Below the pieces are notes generated by a model. The model saw nothing but the letters and a program-made list of their open reading frames with translations, was not told the origin of the DNA and searched no databases. A stretch of 64,000 nucleotides of DNA from Eledone cirrhosa (taxonomy: Eukaryota): NCBI GenBank assembly GCA_964016885.1, contig OZ024743.1:130820001-130884000 (forward strand), given 5' to 3'. The first letter of the stretch is position 1. Every line of letters starts with the position of its first letter. The translations under genes and the position numbers were made by a program. Shown in pieces: positions 61,576 to 64,000 of this stretch.

Positions 61576-64000
61576 GGTGTTTTGTGCTTGGTGTTTGGTG
61601 TTTGCTGTTTGGTGTTTGGTGTTTGGTGTTTGGTGTTTGCTGTTTGGTGTCTGCTTTTTGGTGTTTGGTGTTTGCTGTATGGTGTTTGCTGTTTCGTGTT
61701 TGGTGTTTGCTGTTTGGTGTTTGGTGTTTGCTGTTTGGTGTTTGGTCTTTGGTGCTTGGTGTTTGGTGCTTGGTGCTTGGTGTTTGGTGTTTGGTGCTTG
61801 GTGCTTGGTGCTTCGTGTTTGGTGTTTGGTGCTTGCTGTCTGGAGCTTGGTGTTTGGTGTTTGGTGCTTGGTGTTTGGTGTTTGGTGCTTGGTGCTTGCT
61901 GTTTGGTGCTTGGTGCTTGGTGTTTGTACTTGGTGCTTGGTGCTTGGTGTTTGGTGCTTGGTTCTTGGTGTTTGGTGCTTGGTGTTTGCTGCTTGGTGCT
62001 TGGTGTTTGGTGCTTGGTGCTTGGTGTTTGGTGTTTGGTGCTTGGTGCTTGGTGCTTGGTGTTTGATGTTTGGTGCTTGGTGCTTGGTGTTTGGTGTTTG
62101 GTTCTTGGTGCTTGGTATTTGGTGCTTGGTGCTTGCTGCTTGGTGTTTGATGCTTGGTGCTTGGTGTTTGGTTTTTGGTGGTAGGTGCTTGGTGCTTGGT
62201 GTTTGGTGCTTGGTGTTTGGTGTTTGCTGCTTGGTGCTTGGGGCTTGGTGTTTGGTACTTGGTGCTTGGTGCTTGGTGTTTGGTGCTTGGTGCTTGGTGT
62301 ATGTTGTTTGGTGTTTGGTGCTTGGTGTTTGGTGTTTGGTGCTTGGTGCTTGGTGTTTGTTGCTTGGTACTTGGTTCATGGTGTTTGGTGCTGGGTGCTT
62401 GGTGTTTGGTGCTTGGTGCTTGGTGTTTGGTGTTTGGTGCTTGGTGTTTGGTGTTTGGTGCTTGGTGCTTGGTGTTTGTTGCTTGGTACTTGGTGCATGG
62501 TGTTTGGTGCTGGGTGCTTGGTGTTTGGTGCTTGGTGTTTGGTGCTTGGTGCTTGGTGTTTGGTGTTTGGTGTTTGGTGTTTGGTGTTTGATGCTTGGTG
62601 CTTGGTGCTTGGTGCTTGGTGTTAGGTGTTTGGTGCTTGGTGCTTGGTGTTTGGTGTTTGGTCCTTGGTGCTTGGTGTTTAGTGCTTGGTGCTTGGTGTT
62701 TGTTGTTTGGTGCTTTCTGCTTGCTGCTTGGCGTTTGGTGCTTGGTGCTTGGTGCTTGGTGTTTGGTGTTTGGTGCTAGGTGCTTGGTGTTTGGTGTTTG
62801 GTGTTTGATGCTTGGTGTTTGGTGCTTGGTGTTTGGTGTTTTGTGCTTGGTGCTTGGGGCTTGATGTTTAGTGCTTGGTGCTTGGTGCTTGGTGTTTGGT
62901 GCTTGGTGCTTGGTGTTTGGTGTTTGGTGTTTGGTGCTCGGTGCTTGGTGTTTGGTGCTTGGTGCTTGGTGCTGGGTGGTTGGTATTTGGTGCTTGGTGC
63001 TTGGTGTTTGGTGCTTGGTGCTTGGTGCTTGGTGTTTGGTGCTTGGTGCTTGGTGCTTGGTCTTTGGTGCTTGGTGTTTGGTGCTTGGTGCTTGGTGCTT
63101 GGTGTTTGGTGCTTGGTGATTAGTGTTTGATGCTTGGTGCTTGGGGTTTGGTGTTTGGTGCTTGGTACTTGGTGTTTGGTGCTTGGTGTTTGGTGTTTGC
63201 TGTTTGGTGTTTGGTGTTTGCTGTTTGCTGTTTGCTGTTTGCTTTTTGGTGTTTGGTGTTTGCTGTATGGTGTTTGCTGTTTGGTGTTTGGTGTTTGCTG
63301 TTTGGTGTTTGGTGTTTGCTGTTTGGTCTTTGGTGCTTGGTGTTTGGTGCTTGGTGCTTGGTGTTTGGTGTTTGGTGCTTGGTGCTTGGTGTTTGGTGTT
63401 TGTTGCTTGGTGTTTGGTGCTTGGTGTTTGGTGTTTGGTGTTTGGTGCTTGGTGTCTGGTGCTTGGTGTTTGGTGTTTGGTGTTTGGTGCTTGGTGTTTG
63501 GTGTTTGCTGTTTGGTGCTTGGTGTTTGGTGTTTGGTGTTTGGTGTTTGGTGCTTGTTGCTTGGTGCTTGGTGCTTGGGGTTCGGTTCTTGGTTCTTGGT
63601 GTTTGGTACTTGGTGCTTGGTGTTTGGTCCTGGGTGCTTGGTGTTTGGTGCTTGGTGCTTGGTGCTTGCTGTTTGGTGTTTGGTGCTTGGTGCTTGGTGT
63701 TTGGTGTTTGGTGTTATATGCTTGGTGTTTGATGCTTGGTGCTTGGTGCTTGGTATTTGGTGTTTGGTGCTTGGTGTTTGTACTTGGTGCTTGGTTCTTG
63801 GTTCTTGGTGCTTGGTGCTTGGTGCTTGGTGCTTGGTGCTTGGTGTTTGGTGCTTGGTGTTTGGTGCTTGGTGTTTGGTGCTTGGTGCCTGGTGCTTGGT
63901 GCTTGGTGCTTAGTGTTTGGTGCTTGGTGTTTGGTGCTTGGTGTTAGGTGTTTGGTGCTTGGTGCTTGGTGTTTGGTGTTTCGTGCTTGGTGTTTGGTGC

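Larger units (their letters stand above)
1..64000 (+). repeat. Heptamer satellite array (TTGGTGY)n, about 9,100 units, single orientation, extends past both window ends
   Basis: Seen directly: every line parses as TTGGTGC/TTGGTGT or a 1-3 substitution variant. The + strand is almost only G and T, with some C and very rare A. No inversion or non-repeat insert was seen. Confidence 0.99.

Noticed and set aside
469-63950. TTAGG/TTTAGGG canonical telomere motifs and T-box-like AGGTGT sites in variant units
   Set aside because: They are isolated one- or two-substitution derivatives of the heptamer (at most two adjacent TAGGTGT units) and never form canonical telomeric tracts.
1-64000. Hundreds of + strand ORFs encoding WCLVLGA/WCLVFGV repeats that resemble membrane proteins
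   Set aside because: They overlap in all frames, start at TTG/GTG supplied by the repeat itself, and have no unique domain, RBS or codon structure.
1-64000. CRISPR array
   Set aside because: There are no unique spacers, no 23-50-bp repeat and no cas genes.
1-64000. Direct product of telomerase or of a bacterial repeat-synthesising reverse transcriptase (DRT-type)
   Set aside because: Variant patterns are copied faithfully in multi-kb blocks, which indicates inherited, recombination-amplified DNA rather than de novo unit addition. No RT gene or template RNA is present in the window.
1-64000. Cyanobacterial STRR heptamer repeats
   Set aside because: STRRs are short intergenic clusters with different consensus sequences. 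A gene-free array of at least 64 kb does not fit.
1-64000. Pure sequencing or polymerase-slippage artefact
   Set aside because: Hierarchical, position-dependent shared variants with differing divergence levels are not expected from an artefact, although individual copy numbers could still be mis-assembled.
1-64000. Fungal RIP signature
   Set aside because: TpG/CpA targets are abundant, yet TG->TA changes (TTAGTG, GGTAC) are rare and mostly inherited landmarks.

Overview
The whole 64,000-bp window is one uninterrupted, single-orientation tandem array (satellite DNA) of the heptamer TTGGTGY (TTGGTGC/TTGGTGT; reverse strand RCACCAA), roughly 9,100 units, open at both edges. I see no unique sequence, credible gene, RNA gene, transposon or CRISPR array. 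The ORF track is an artefact: 7 is coprime to 3 and the consensus has no stop codon, so every frame reads WCLV(L/F)G(A/V) on + and TKHQ(A/T)P(S/N) on -. The information lies in the variant units. (1) There is a two-state C/T pattern at position 7. (2) Rare variant units recur in a conserved order and define a cryptic kb-scale higher-order repeat. (3) One recurrent 6-bp unit (TTGTAC) accounts for most phase shifts. (4) Recent near-identical tandem duplications of about 7.2, 4.7, 3.3, 1.4 and 1.35 kb carry nested deletions and duplications. (5) Variant sub-families turn over from left to right. The most likely source is eukaryotic centromeric/heterochromatic or telomere-associated satellite; organism and function cannot be determined from this window. 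Block boundaries were read by eye from the sequence and ORF-coordinate offsets and are approximate (tens of bp).
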